Assembly: GCF_000020025.1 (NCBI RefSeq)
Contig: NC_010628.1
Location: 2,100,001 to 2,132,000, forward strand
DNA from: Nostoc punctiforme PCC 73102
GTDB lineage: Bacteria > Cyanobacteriota > Cyanobacteriia > Cyanobacteriales > Nostocaceae
Direction of reading: 5' to 3'
Length of the DNA: 32,000 nt
The translations under genes were made by a program, and so were the position numbers. Each line of letters begins with the position of its first letter. The stretch's first letter is position 1. Positions 19,739 through 28,992 of this stretch are shown here, piece after piece. Under the pieces are notes generated by a model. The model was given only the letters and a program-made list of their open reading frames with translations, had not been told where the DNA came from and ran no database searches.

Positions 19739-21179
19739 TCAATTCTTAGTCTTAGGCTTGGATGCAAGTACCTGAACCGATTTCCCATCTTGGAGAGCAT
19801 CCGTAGGATTAGTAATTAACCTAACATCCTAACATTAGGACTTAAACCAGAAACCACTTCAACTTCAGTACCATAATCTCGTCCAAGCTCTACTTTGTGG
19901 TACTTAACTTTTTTTTCCTTCGTCACAGTGGCTACTTATATACCATCTGCATTAATCACTAAGGTATTAGCTGGTACTAATAAAGGTGGATTGGCACGTT
20001 CAGTCTTAAAAGTGACTTCAGCATACATTCCAGGACGCAACATATTGTCTGAATTCTGTACTTCAATTTCAGTCAAAAGGGTATTAGAATTAGCATCTAA
20101 GACATCAGCAGTCCGAATAACTTTACCAGAAAAAGATTTTTTCGGTAGCTCACGAACACGAACAAGCGCATTTTGTCCAGTGTGAATTGATTGAACAAAA
20201 GCCTGGGGAACATTAATTCGGATACGTAAATTATTTGTCTGAGCAATCTTAAATAACCAGGAATTTCCATTATTATTATTGCTACCCGCAGAAATTAAAG
20301 CTCCTGAATCTACATTGCGAGCAGTAATTACACCCGCAAAAGGAGCAACAATTTGTTTGAATGTTTGTAAAGCAGTTATCCGTTGTAAATCTGATTTACT
20401 AACACTTCTACTTGCAATAAACGCATTAATGTTAGCCTTTTGTGAATTAATAGCTGCAAGAGCAGTGTTTACACTTTCTTGGTCTGAATTAACGCGAGCA
20501 ATTAAAGTATCTACATTAGCTCGACTTGCATTAAAAGCAGTTTGACGTTCATCAGCAGCTTGTGTAGTTACGGCTCCTTGCTTTTGAAGTAATTGCCAAC
20601 GTTGCCAAGTTTGACGTGCTAGTTCTAGGTTAGTACGTGCTTCGGCTAATTCTGCCTGTCTAGCTTTTAAGTTAGCTTTTGTTTGAGAAAGATTACTTTG
20701 CTTTTGTGCTAAATCTGCCTGAACTTGAGCGAGATTAGCCTCAGATTTTGCAAATTCTGCACGAGCTTGCTGTATATCTTGGTCAGTTTCCGGGGCATCA
20801 ATTATAGCTAATAGCTGTCCCCTATTTACACGTTCGCCAATATCCACTAATTTTTTTTGTAAATACCCACTCGTGCGGGCATAAATAGTGGTTTCTTGGC
20901 TTGCTTGAATGCTGCTAGGTAGAACTAATTCGGTGAAATTAGCAGCAACTTTTGGTTTAACTACATTAACCGAAGAGACTTTTTTTATTGTAGATTTAGC
21001 GAAAGCATTTAATTCTGATTGTTTTTGTAACGAGGTATGATGCCAAGTGCTAAAAGTCCAGTAATGACTAAAGTAGTCGTAGCAATAATGGTGATAGAAG
21101 TGAAGCGACTTTTTTTAGTTGTTGCCGCAATCAATGTGAGATTAGAATTATCAACTTGAGTATTTTCTTGAGTATCCAT
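19739..21179 (-). pseudogene. Efflux periplasmic adaptor (HlyD/membrane-fusion protein family) with three disabling lesions
   Basis: The N-terminal TM piece (MDTQ…ITGLLALGIIPRYKNNQ, part of ORF 21009..21266) continues in another frame as SELNAFAKST…YARTSGYLQKKLVDIGERV, joining ORF 19936..20847. An in-frame TAA sits at 19936-19938. The same frame then continues as VATVTKEKKVKYHKVELGRDYGTEVEVVSGLSPNVR. After an 8-bp duplication it reads LITNPTDALQDGKSVQVLASKPKTKN, with a stop at 19739-19741. Confidence 0.8.
19820..19835. repeat. Perfect 8-bp tandem duplication (cctaacat x2) that frameshifts the adaptor gene
   Basis: 19820-19827 is identical to 19828-19835. Removing one copy restores …SPNVRLITNPTDAL… in frame. 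The codon phase checks out: the - strand phase shifts by 8, which is 2 mod 3. Confidence 0.9.
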
Positions 21180-21273
21180 ACTATAGAATTTTATTTGATT
21201 TGTTGATTTATCGAAATTCTTTAAGAACCCCGACCTCTCTAAGAAGTCGGGAATTTGATTATTCACGAATAAG

Positions 21274-21745
21274 TTACCGATTAGCTACAGTTAATTTGAT
21301 AGTAGAGGATAGTTCTTCCTCTAACTCTAAATTTTGGGGTTGTTTTCGATGCAAAATACTGTAAATTACGGGTACAAAAATTAAAGTTGCCACTGTTGCT
21401 GCTAATAATCCACCAATTACAGCACGTCCTAAAGGAGCATTTTGTTCACCACCTTCACCTAAACCAAGAGACATTGGTAACATCCCCATAATCATGGCTC
21501 CAGCAGTCATTAATACTGGACGCAAACGGGTATAACCAGCAGCTAAAGTCGCAGAGAGAGCTTTTTCTCCTATTAGACGTTGCTCATTAGCAAAGGTGAC
21601 GAGCAAAATACTATTGGCAATAGCAACCCCAATACTCATAATTGCACCCATCAAAGAAGGTACGCTAAAAGTCGTATTCGTCACAAACAGTATCCAGACA
21701 ATTCCTGCTAAAGCATTTGGCAGTGCCATCATCAGGGCTATTTCA
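21274..21745 (-). pseudogene. C-terminal remnant (about 150 aa) of an RND (AcrB/HAE1-type) efflux permease
   Basis: …ALMMALPNALAGIVWILFVTN…SLMGAIMSIGVAIANSILLVTFANEQR…LRPVLMTAGAMIMGMLPMSLG…GRAVIGGLLAATVATLIFVPVIYS matches the last TM helices (TM10-12) of roughly 1050-aa RND pumps. The first roughly 30 residues of ORF 21274..21834 are unrelated sequence. Confidence 0.75.
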
Positions 21746-21985
21746 TTCTCTTTCCCCAGACCACAAGAAAAGTGAAAAATGCTTATCCGAACCGTATTGG
21801 GTAGCCTTCTACTTTTGCACAAGAAGATTCCCAAAATATTTTAGGACTTACGCAAAATTATATGGTGTAGAGGCAATTCATGTATTGCCCCTACACCGTG
21901 GGTCTATTTTCTATCAAAGTAATGATTAATAAAAATTTGAAACGACGTATTTACGTTATGTGTTCTCTAGAACTATTGTAGAGAC

Positions 21986-23204
21986 TGGGTGCATCCCAGT
22001 TTTTATTATTCCAAAACAAATAAATAACAGGGAAGGATTGTTACAGAAAACGGAAGTCAGGAAGTAAGGGGATATCAGGAAGGGATAATAAAGTCATCAA
22101 GACTAGGTGTATCAATGACTCCTGAGAAGAACAACAGATAAAAGAATATTCTCGTGCAATAGCAAAGATACTGTACAAAAGTACTACGGGTGAGCAACTC
22201 ACAAGTTTGGCAAAAATAGAAGAAGTAGTACGCTCTCAAATGCGGAAGCATGTAATGCCAGAAGTAGGGTTTTTTTATCGAAAATGCCACAGGAGAAAGC
22301 CGCGGATACAAACGAAAAATAAAAAGTATTATTGGAGAACTGCCAATTACAAACTCTCAAGCACAAAAGCTAGAAATTAGACCCCATAATCAATTGAGTC
22401 CATATTTAGAAGCTTGTTGCTTACGAATCAGCGCGTCGGTATCGTATCAACGTGCGGCAGAAGATATTGAATATTTAACTGGTGTAGAAGTATCAAAAAG
22501 TGTGCAGCAACGATTAGTGCATCGTCAAAATTTTGAATTACCGCAAGTAGAATCAACTGTGGAAGAATTGAGTGTGGATGGAGGAAATATACGCATTCGT
22601 ACAATCAAGGGACAAGTCTGTGATTGGAAGGGTTATAAAGCTACCTGCTTACATGAAAAACAAGCTATTGCTGCCTCATTTCAAGAAAATAGTCTTGTAA
22701 TTGATTGGGTCAAAAGCCAATCAATTGCTCCTATCTTGACCTGTCTTGGCGATGGCCATGACGGTATTTGGAATATTGTCCGCGATTTTGCTCCCGAACA
22801 CCAGCGTCGGGAAGTACTTGATTGGTTTCATCTGATGGAAAACCTACACAAGATTGGCGGTTCTAATCAACGGCTCAATCAGGCTAAAATCCTTCTCTGG
22901 CAAGGAAAAGTTGATGATGCTATCGCTGTCTTTGCTGACTGTCAGCTAAAACAAGCTTTTAATTTCTGTACTTATCTTGAGAAACATCGACACCGGATTG
23001 TCAATTACCAATATTATCAAGCAGAACAAATCTGTTCCATTGGTTCTGGTACTATTGAGTCTACTGTCAAACAGATTGACCGTCGAACCAAAATTTCTGG
23101 CGCACAATGGAAATCTGATAACGTTCCTCAAGTCTTAGCTCAACGCCAGAGCTTATCTCAATGGATTAATCTTTGCTCACTAAATAAAAACTGGGATGCT
23201 CCCA
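21986..23204 (+). mobile_element. Degenerate insertion sequence, ISKra4-like (family assignment tentative)
   Basis: The terminal inverted repeats are tgggtgcatcccagtttttatt (21986-22007) and aataaaaactgggatgctccca (23183-23204), matching at 21 of 22 positions. They enclose a DDE-type transposase reading frame. No flanking target-site duplication is seen. Confidence 0.7.
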
Positions 23205-23209
23205 ATTAA
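22115..23209 (+). pseudogene. IS transposase disrupted by two single-nucleotide frameshifts
   Basis: The frame goes 2 to 1 to 2. ATG 22115 gives MTPEKNNR then a stop. The next frame reads EEQQIKEYSRAIAKILYK…PEVGFF. A T7 run at 22270-22276 then leads into IENATGESRGYKRKIKSIIGELPITNSQAQKLEIRPHNQLSPYLEACC…, which is ORF 22394..23209. The motifs DGHDGIWN and LDWFHLMENL resemble ISKra4-type transposases. Confidence 0.7.
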
Positions 23210-23676
23210 TATTTGCTGAACGCTTTCATTTGTAATCAGCTAGATTCAAATGCAAGCATTAATTGTCATTTACTACTAAAAATCGATAGACTTACAGTAT
23301 TTTATGTGAAATTATCTTTGCATACACCTGTGTAAAATGCAAGACCCTTCCTATATTTAACTTAATTTAAAACGTAGTAGTTTATACAGAATTATGGACA
23401 AAGCTGATTTATAGAGGTGAATTATAAAATGAGAGCCATATTAGAATAAAACAAACTTTGCAAGCTAACCCTTGTGGATGATTTTGACGAGGATTGCGAT
23501 CGCTATCTTTCAGACTCTTGATGTCTTAGTTGTTAGTGGTGAACTGGAGGAACTGCGGCTGCTATCCAAGCGGTGCTACGATACAACTTTTTCTAAGAAA
23601 GAAGGGTGTGTTTCGGCTTGCGTAACGCTGTATTATTTTTGAATATTTTCTCAAGATTTTTTCCGAGACGGTAGCA

Positions 23677-24183
23677 ATGACTATTCGCCATGCGACTGAA
23701 ACTGACTTACCTGCAATTGTGGCAATTTATAATGCTGCAATTCCTAGCTGTATGGCAACTGCTGATTTAGAGCCAGTGTCTGTGGAAAGTCGCCTTCCTT
23801 GGTTTAGGGCGCGATCGCCTTCACAACGCCCACTTTGGGTAATCGAAGTGGAGGGAGCAATTGCTGGATGGCTTAGTTTCCAATCCTTTTATGGTCGGCC
23901 TGCCTATAATACGACTGCCGAAATTAGTATTTATATAGCCCCTCAATTTCATCGCTGTGGTTTGGGACGACAACTATTAGCACAAGCAATTAGCGAAAGC
24001 CGTAGTTTGGGTTTAAATACCCTACTAGGCTTCATTTTTGCCCACAATCAACCCAGTTTAAAACTTTTTGAAACATTTGGCTTTCAACATTGGGGATATT
24101 TACCGAAAGTTGCCGTAATTGACAGCGTTGAACGAGATTTAGCGATCGTGGGACTTAGAATTATTGATATTCCCACAGATTAA
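23677..24183 (+). CDS. GNAT family N-acetyltransferase, phosphinothricin/methionine-sulfoximine acetyltransferase-like
   Basis: IRHATETDLPAIVAIYN…, the acetyl-CoA motif RCGLGRQLL, and the C-terminal NQPSLKLFETFGFQHWGYLP typical of PAT-like GNATs. Length 168 aa. Confidence 0.8.
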   Translation: MTIRHATETDLPAIVAIYNAAIPSCMATADLEPVSVESRLPWFRARSPSQRPLWVIEVEGAIAGWLSFQSFYGRPAYNTTAEISIYIAPQFHRCGLGRQLLAQAISESRSLGLNTLLGFIFAHNQPSLKLFETFGFQHWGYLPKVAVIDSVERDLAIVGLRIIDIPTD

Positions 24184-24323
24184 AACCATAGAGTGTCAAT
24201 GATTGTGATTGATTTTTCGTAAATATATATTTATTTTATAATCAGGAGTTTTTATTGTAATAAATTCTTTGTTTTAGCTAGTTTTAGCCAGTTGGGATAT
24301 TCAGTCATCAGTAAATCATAAAG

Positions 24324-24554
24324 TTATTGATCTGCTATACTTTCGGGATGTTTTATACTGAAAAAATCTGAGTTATCAACGTAGCGATCGCTCATTTCAT
24401 CCAACCGTTCTAAGAAGGTAAAATCACTTGTCTTTGCTTGAGATAACCAGCCTAAAATGCCTTTACCCTTAGAACCAGTATCTGCTCGCTTGATATTGCG
24501 ATCGCTGCAATTATTTACCAGAGTAAGCAAATGTAGAGACACAAACCTTTGCAT
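24324..24554 (-). CDS. Hypothetical small protein (76 aa), 13 nt downstream of dacB
   Basis: An ATG ORF tightly following the dacB stop on the same strand. I recognise no motif. Confidence 0.35.
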   Translation of the reverse strand: MQRFVSLHLLTLVNNCSDRNIKRADTGSKGKGILGWLSQAKTSDFTFLERLDEMSDRYVDNSDFFSIKHPESIADQ

Positions 24555-24567
24555 CTCTAAACATTTC

Positions 24568-26034
24568 TTAACAACGTTGTAACTGCGTTAACAAAACAAC
24601 AATTTCATCAATAGCCTGCCGCACAATTGTTGCAGGTTGCTCCGATTGATTCACAATAATACTAAAAACTAACGGCTCATATTTAGGCACATTTATATAT
24701 CCAGAGAGAGAGACTACACCCGTTAACGTACCTGTCTTTGCTTGCACAATGCCCTCAGCAGATGTGTTTTGAAAGCGCCCTTTTAAGGTTCCAATTTTAC
24801 CCGCTACGGGTAAAGATGCGCGATACACATATCCTGCTGGTGTTCTTGCCATTCCTCGCAAAGTTTGTACAAAAGCTTCTGGTGTCGCTAAGTTTCGACG
24901 TGATAAACCCGAACCATCTACTAAAATATAATTTGCTGGATCAACTCCCAATTGAGTTAAACTCGCTTTGACAGCTTCTAAACCAACATCAACGCTAGTT
25001 TTAGTTTTCACTCTAGGTTTTTCGCCAGCTAATGCTCTCAATAGTGCCTCAGCATAAAGATTATTACTATTCTGAAGAGTTTCCATTAATAATTCAGATA
25101 GAGGTGGTGACTCTACAAAAGCTATTTCCTCTTGATTAAGACCACCAGTTACCACTAATGTTTGCCCCAAAGGAATTTTTTCTGCTGCCAAAGCAGCACG
25201 GAAGCGTCGTAAGAAGTAATAATTAGGGTCAATTACAGGCAAATCTATTAAAGACGGTTCAGAATTTGTTGTTAGTTGTCCTTGAATTCGTAATACTGTT
25301 CCTGATAATTCGCGGGTAATATTGACGTAAGTTGGTTGATTTTGGGCAACCGTTATTGACTGATTAATTGTCCGCCACTGTTTCGCCTCGCCAGGATCAA
25401 TCCACACCAGTTGTAAGGATTTACCTACAGCCTGCGGTACAAGTTTTAAGCTAAAAATATTTTGATTTAGAATAAAGCTGCTGACTGGTGCGCCATAGTC
25501 TGACTGCACATCTTCCCATTGCCAGGTGGGGTTAACAATGTCTCCTTGAATATAACTATCATCAGCTATCAACCTCTGAATTTGAGTAATACCTTTCTGT
25601 TTTAGCTGCTGTGCTAATGTTTGCAGTTGAGTATCACTTAAGCTGGGATCTCCCCTACCGACAACACGTAAAACACCGTTGCCATTCTGATAAATAGAGG
25701 TGCGAATCCGAAAATTAGCACCCAATTGCTGCAATGCAGCTGCTGTTGTCAGCAATTTGAGGTTAGAGGCGGGAATAAAATATTTCTGAGCATCCCGACT
25801 ATAAAGAGTTGACCCTGTTGACAGGGGTTGCACCAAAATTCCCCAGCGCACTCGACTAAATAAAGGACGATTGATTACAGCATCTATAGCTGTTCCCAGT
25901 TGGGTAGAGCAAATTGATTTTGTGGTAGTTGTTGGTGCAACTGGGGTTTGTGCTTTAGCTACTGTTTGGGTAACACCAATATGAGTACCCAAAAACAGCA
26001 GCATCAAGCCAAGAGAAATTTTTCTAGTCATCAC
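24568..26034 (-). CDS. dacB: D-alanyl-D-alanine carboxypeptidase/endopeptidase (PBP4, peptidase S13)
   Basis: Signal peptide, the SxxK motif (PASNLKLLT), DGSGLSRRN and the KTG motif (AKTGTLTGV). Length 488 aa. Confidence 0.9.
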   Translation of the reverse strand: MMTRKISLGLMLLFLGTHIGVTQTVAKAQTPVAPTTTTKSICSTQLGTAIDAVINRPLFSRVRWGILVQPLSTGSTLYSRDAQKYFIPASNLKLLTTAAALQQLGANFRIRTSIYQNGNGVLRVVGRGDPSLSDTQLQTLAQQLKQKGITQIQRLIADDSYIQGDIVNPTWQWEDVQSDYGAPVSSFILNQNIFSLKLVPQAVGKSLQLVWIDPGEAKQWRTINQSITVAQNQPTYVNITRELSGTVLRIQGQLTTNSEPSLIDLPVIDPNYYFLRRFRAALAAEKIPLGQTLVVTGGLNQEEIAFVESPPLSELLMETLQNSNNLYAEALLRALAGEKPRVKTKTSVDVGLEAVKASLTQLGVDPANYILVDGSGLSRRNLATPEAFVQTLRGMARTPAGYVYRASLPVAGKIGTLKGRFQNTSAEGIVQAKTGTLTGVVSLSGYINVPKYEPLVFSIIVNQSEQPATIVRQAIDEIVVLLTQLQRC

Positions 26035-26108
26035 ATAGTTAGTAAAACTACTTGATGATAATACTTTTGTGTGGCATCTTTTTAACGTCAGTTCGATGAG
26101 AGTAAGCC

Positions 26109-26570
26109 TTATTCCTCTTCCTCTTCTTCATCTTCTCCGAACACTGCGTCTATCAGTTCTTGTGCCCGCTCGTCTGAAATCTTTAAGGCTTCCTGAAGCT
26201 CAGAGATATAATCTTGTTCGCTTTCGGGTACTTCTTCGTCAATCCCTACCACTAAGATAGCTGTGATATATGCAGCTTCCCGATAACCTCTATTGGGTAA
26301 AGATTCGATGGACTGGGCGATTAAATCTTCTGGCTCTTCTTCTTCAATCAAGCTGACGACTTTTTCGGTCAATTCTTCAAAGTCTTCTTCAGAGTAATCT
26401 TCAAACAAGTCAACCCGACTCAGAAATTCACTTAAAGCATATTCTTCTGTTGAAGAAATACCTTCACCATCAGCTGCTGCGGAAAATAGTCCAAGGATTG
26501 CGATCGCAACTTCTGGTTCTATAGCAACTGAACTAACACTACGGCCTTTGGGCAACTTGCGTTTAGACAT
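26109..26570 (-). CDS. Acidic protein with a poly-Glu tail, possibly TerB-like
   Basis: 153 aa and very acidic, ending in EDEEEEEE. The two-helical-repeat pattern (AAADGEGISSTEEYALSEFL… / VVGIDEEVPESEQDYISEL) resembles TerB-type domains. This assignment is tentative. Confidence 0.6.
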   Translation of the reverse strand: MSKRKLPKGRSVSSVAIEPEVAIAILGLFSAAADGEGISSTEEYALSEFLSRVDLFEDYSEEDFEELTEKVVSLIEEEEPEDLIAQSIESLPNRGYREAAYITAILVVGIDEEVPESEQDYISELQEALKISDERAQELIDAVFGEDEEEEEE

Positions 26571-26698
26571 AATTATCCTCTAAAAGTTACGTGATATTTC
26601 AGGAAGTAATACATTGTGGTCTATAATGCTTCCTCGATTTATGATTCCCAAAAGAATGCGGAAATATACATTGGAATGAATCTTTTTTTCATAAAAAA

Positions 26699-26725
26699 TA
26701 CGCAGAGAAATATATTCTCTGCGTA
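26699..26725 (-). terminator. Rho-independent terminator candidate downstream of ilvB
   Basis: tacgcagagaa, the loop atata, then ttctctgcgta, giving an 11-bp stem. On the - strand it is followed by attttttat. Confidence 0.6.
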
Positions 26726-26771
26726 TAAAAACGGTTAAGTTGCCTTGATAGATCGAGGTTTTTATTACTTG

Positions 26772-26804
26772 TCTACACCGTAGCCCTTTAGACTACGGTG
26801 TAGA
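26772..26804. repeat. 12-bp-stem hairpin repeat followed by a C/G-rich dispersed repeat
   Basis: tctacaccgtag (26772-26783) pairs with ctacggtgtaga (26793-26804). Downstream, ccccccttaatcccccctt … ggaaaggggggaa is a Nostoc-type dispersed repeat. Confidence 0.5.
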
Positions 26805-26945
26805 TACATCTTGTTAATAGCCTGGATTTACCCCCCTTAATCCCCCCTTCGACAAGCTCAGGGCATCGCTTGGAAAGGGGGGAAATATCCGGTTCTCCCC
26901 CTTTCTCTACTCCCCTAGCTCTCTGAACTGAATTATCAAAAAGCG

Positions 26946-28865
26946 TTACAGCTTCGTCCCACACTCAGCACAGAAGTTGTGGTTAGGAGCATTTTTGGCA
27001 TTGCAGTTACTACAATAAACTGGCTCTGCTGCTGCTTTGGGCGGTTGCTTCTGCAAGCCGACCATTTGAGCGTTGCTCTTGCCTGGAGCTACCATTGGAT
27101 AGCAGTTTTCGTCTCTGGTGACGTGGACATTTAAGATTACTGGCCCTTTGTGTGCCAGCATTTCGGCGATCGCATCTTTTAATTGACTGCGATCGCTAAT
27201 TACCATACCCTTAATGCCATAAGCTTTTGCCAATAACTCTACGTCTGGCATTCCTACTTCCATGTTGGAGCATGAGTAACGCTCACCATAGAAGGCTTGT
27301 TGCCACTGGCGCACCATCCCTTGCCAGCCGTTATTGATAATTATTGTCTTGACATTTATTCCATACTGTGCAAGTGTACCAAGTTCCTGCAAACACATTT
27401 GGAAACTGGCATCACCGCTAATACAAATGACTTCTTCATCAGGAAATGCCACTTTCGCGCCCATTGCCGCAGGTAAGCCAAAACCCATCGTTCCCAAACC
27501 AGCGCTAGAAATCCAGCGTCTTGGGCCGTTTTTGAGGAATTGTGCTGCCCACATTTGATGTTGTCCAACATCTGTGGTGTAGAAAGCGTTGGGTGCTTGG
27601 CTATTGACTTCTACAATCACTTCTTGGGGTGAAATGCTGTCGGGGTGCTGTGGCACTATTAGAGGATACTCATCGCGCCAACGGTTAACAAGATTTAACC
27701 ATTCTTGGTTTTGATTAGGGGTAGCCTTAACGCCTGTTTCTTTGCAGCGACGCAACAAGTCTACTAACACGTTCCGCACATCGCCGACGATGGGCACTTC
27801 AGGAATGCGGTTTTTGCCGACTTCTGCGGGATCGATGTCGATGTGAATTACTTTGGCGCGGGAGGCGAATTCGTCTAACTTGCCTGTAACGCGATCGTCA
27901 AATCTAGCGCCGACGCAAATCAGCAAGTCACAATCACTTACAGCAAAGTTAGCGTAAGCCGTGCCGTGCATCCCCAACATTCCCAAAGCTAGGGGGTGAT
28001 GTTCGTCAAAGGCACCGATCCCCATTAAGGTGGTGGTGACAGGGATGTTGAATAATTCAGCTAGTTCTTTTATTTCTTCATGGGCACCAGCTGCGATCGC
28101 ACCACCACCGATATACAGTAGAGGACGGCGACTTTCAGTAATCAACTGAATTGCAGCGTTAATTTGCCGGGGATTTCCCTTCACCGTGGGGCGATAACCG
28201 CGTAACTTCACTGAACCTGGTTTTACAGGTACATAGTCAAATTCTTCTAAAGCTACATCCTTGGGAACATCAATCAGAACTGGCCCTGGTCGCCCAGTGC
28301 TAGCGATGTGGAAAGCTTCGGCGACAATTCGCGCCATGTCTTTAGGGTCACGCACTACATAAGAGTGCTTTACTATGGGTAGCGTAATGCCGTAAATATC
28401 GGTTTCCTGAAAGGCATCTGTACCAATGGACGGACGTGCTACCTGCCCCGTAACCACAATCATTGGGATTGAATCCATGTAGGCGGTGGCGATCCCTGTC
28501 ACCAAGTTAGTTGCTCCTGGGCCAGAAGTGCCAAAGCATACTCCTACCTTCCCAGTGGCACGGGCGTAACCGTCTGCGGCATGGGCTGCGCCTTGTTCGT
28601 GTCTCACGAGAATATGCTTAATAGCACCAGTTGCTTCCACCTTATACAGGTCGTCATAAATTGGTAGAATTGCCCCACCAGGATAACCAAAAATATAATC
28701 AACGCCGTGGCGATGAAGGCTGTCAAGTAGAGCAAAACCGCCAGATGCACGTTTGGGCAGGACTGGCGGGCTAGAAGCACGAGACTGTTTGTGATTCTCA
28801 GTTTGTGGGAGACTAATTTGGGAGAGCGATTCTCCTGCGGAGACACTTCGTGATCGCACGGTCAA
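26946..28865 (-). CDS. ilvB: Acetolactate synthase (acetohydroxy-acid synthase) large subunit, biosynthetic type, with a C-terminal zinc-ribbon tail
   Basis: [12 protein letters not shown], the TPP motif [16 protein letters not shown]…GDASFQM, and a full-length AHAS core. The listed start is TTG. The GTG at 28859 has GAGG 7 nt upstream and is more plausible. The tail is [22 protein letters not shown]. Confidence 0.93.
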   Translation of the reverse strand: MTVRSRSVSAGESLSQISLPQTENHKQSRASSPPVLPKRASGGFALLDSLHRHGVDYIFGYPGGAILPIYDDLYKVEATGAIKHILVRHEQGAAHAADGYARATGKVGVCFGTSGPGATNLVTGIATAYMDSIPMIVVTGQVARPSIGTDAFQETDIYGITLPIVKHSYVVRDPKDMARIVAEAFHIASTGRPGPVLIDVPKDVALEEFDYVPVKPGSVKLRGYRPTVKGNPRQINAAIQLITESRRPLLYIGGGAIAAGAHEEIKELAELFNIPVTTTLMGIGAFDEHHPLALGMLGMHGTAYANFAVSDCDLLICVGARFDDRVTGKLDEFASRAKVIHIDIDPAEVGKNRIPEVPIVGDVRNVLVDLLRRCKETGVKATPNQNQEWLNLVNRWRDEYPLIVPQHPDSISPQEVIVEVNSQAPNAFYTTDVGQHQMWAAQFLKNGPRRWISSAGLGTMGFGLPAAMGAKVAFPDEEVICISGDASFQMCLQELGTLAQYGINVKTIIINNGWQGMVRQWQQAFYGERYSCSNMEVGMPDVELLAKAYGIKGMVISDRSQLKDAIAEMLAHKGPVILNVHVTRDENCYPMVAPGKSNAQMVGLQKQPPKAAAEPVYCSNCNAKNAPNHNFCAECGTKL

Positions 28866-28992
28866 ACCTCAGACTATAGCTAAAGTTAATGCTGAATTCT
28901 GTAGTTAAGATTTCATTTTAGTTGAAAACTTCAATAAAAACCTGATTAATTTTTATATTAAATATAATGATGGATTTTTAGCCTACAATTAG

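Noticed and set aside
21009-21266. The 85-aa ORF as an independent gene.
   Set aside because: Its C-terminal two thirds are the TM-helix N-terminus of the adaptor pseudogene. Its first roughly 29 codons run through a ccccga…tcggg dispersed hairpin repeat.
22270-22276. The T7 run in the transposase as a programmed frameshift site.
   Set aside because: A second, unrelated frameshift near 22124 precedes it, and I do not know this IS family to use recoding. Simple decay is the more economical explanation.
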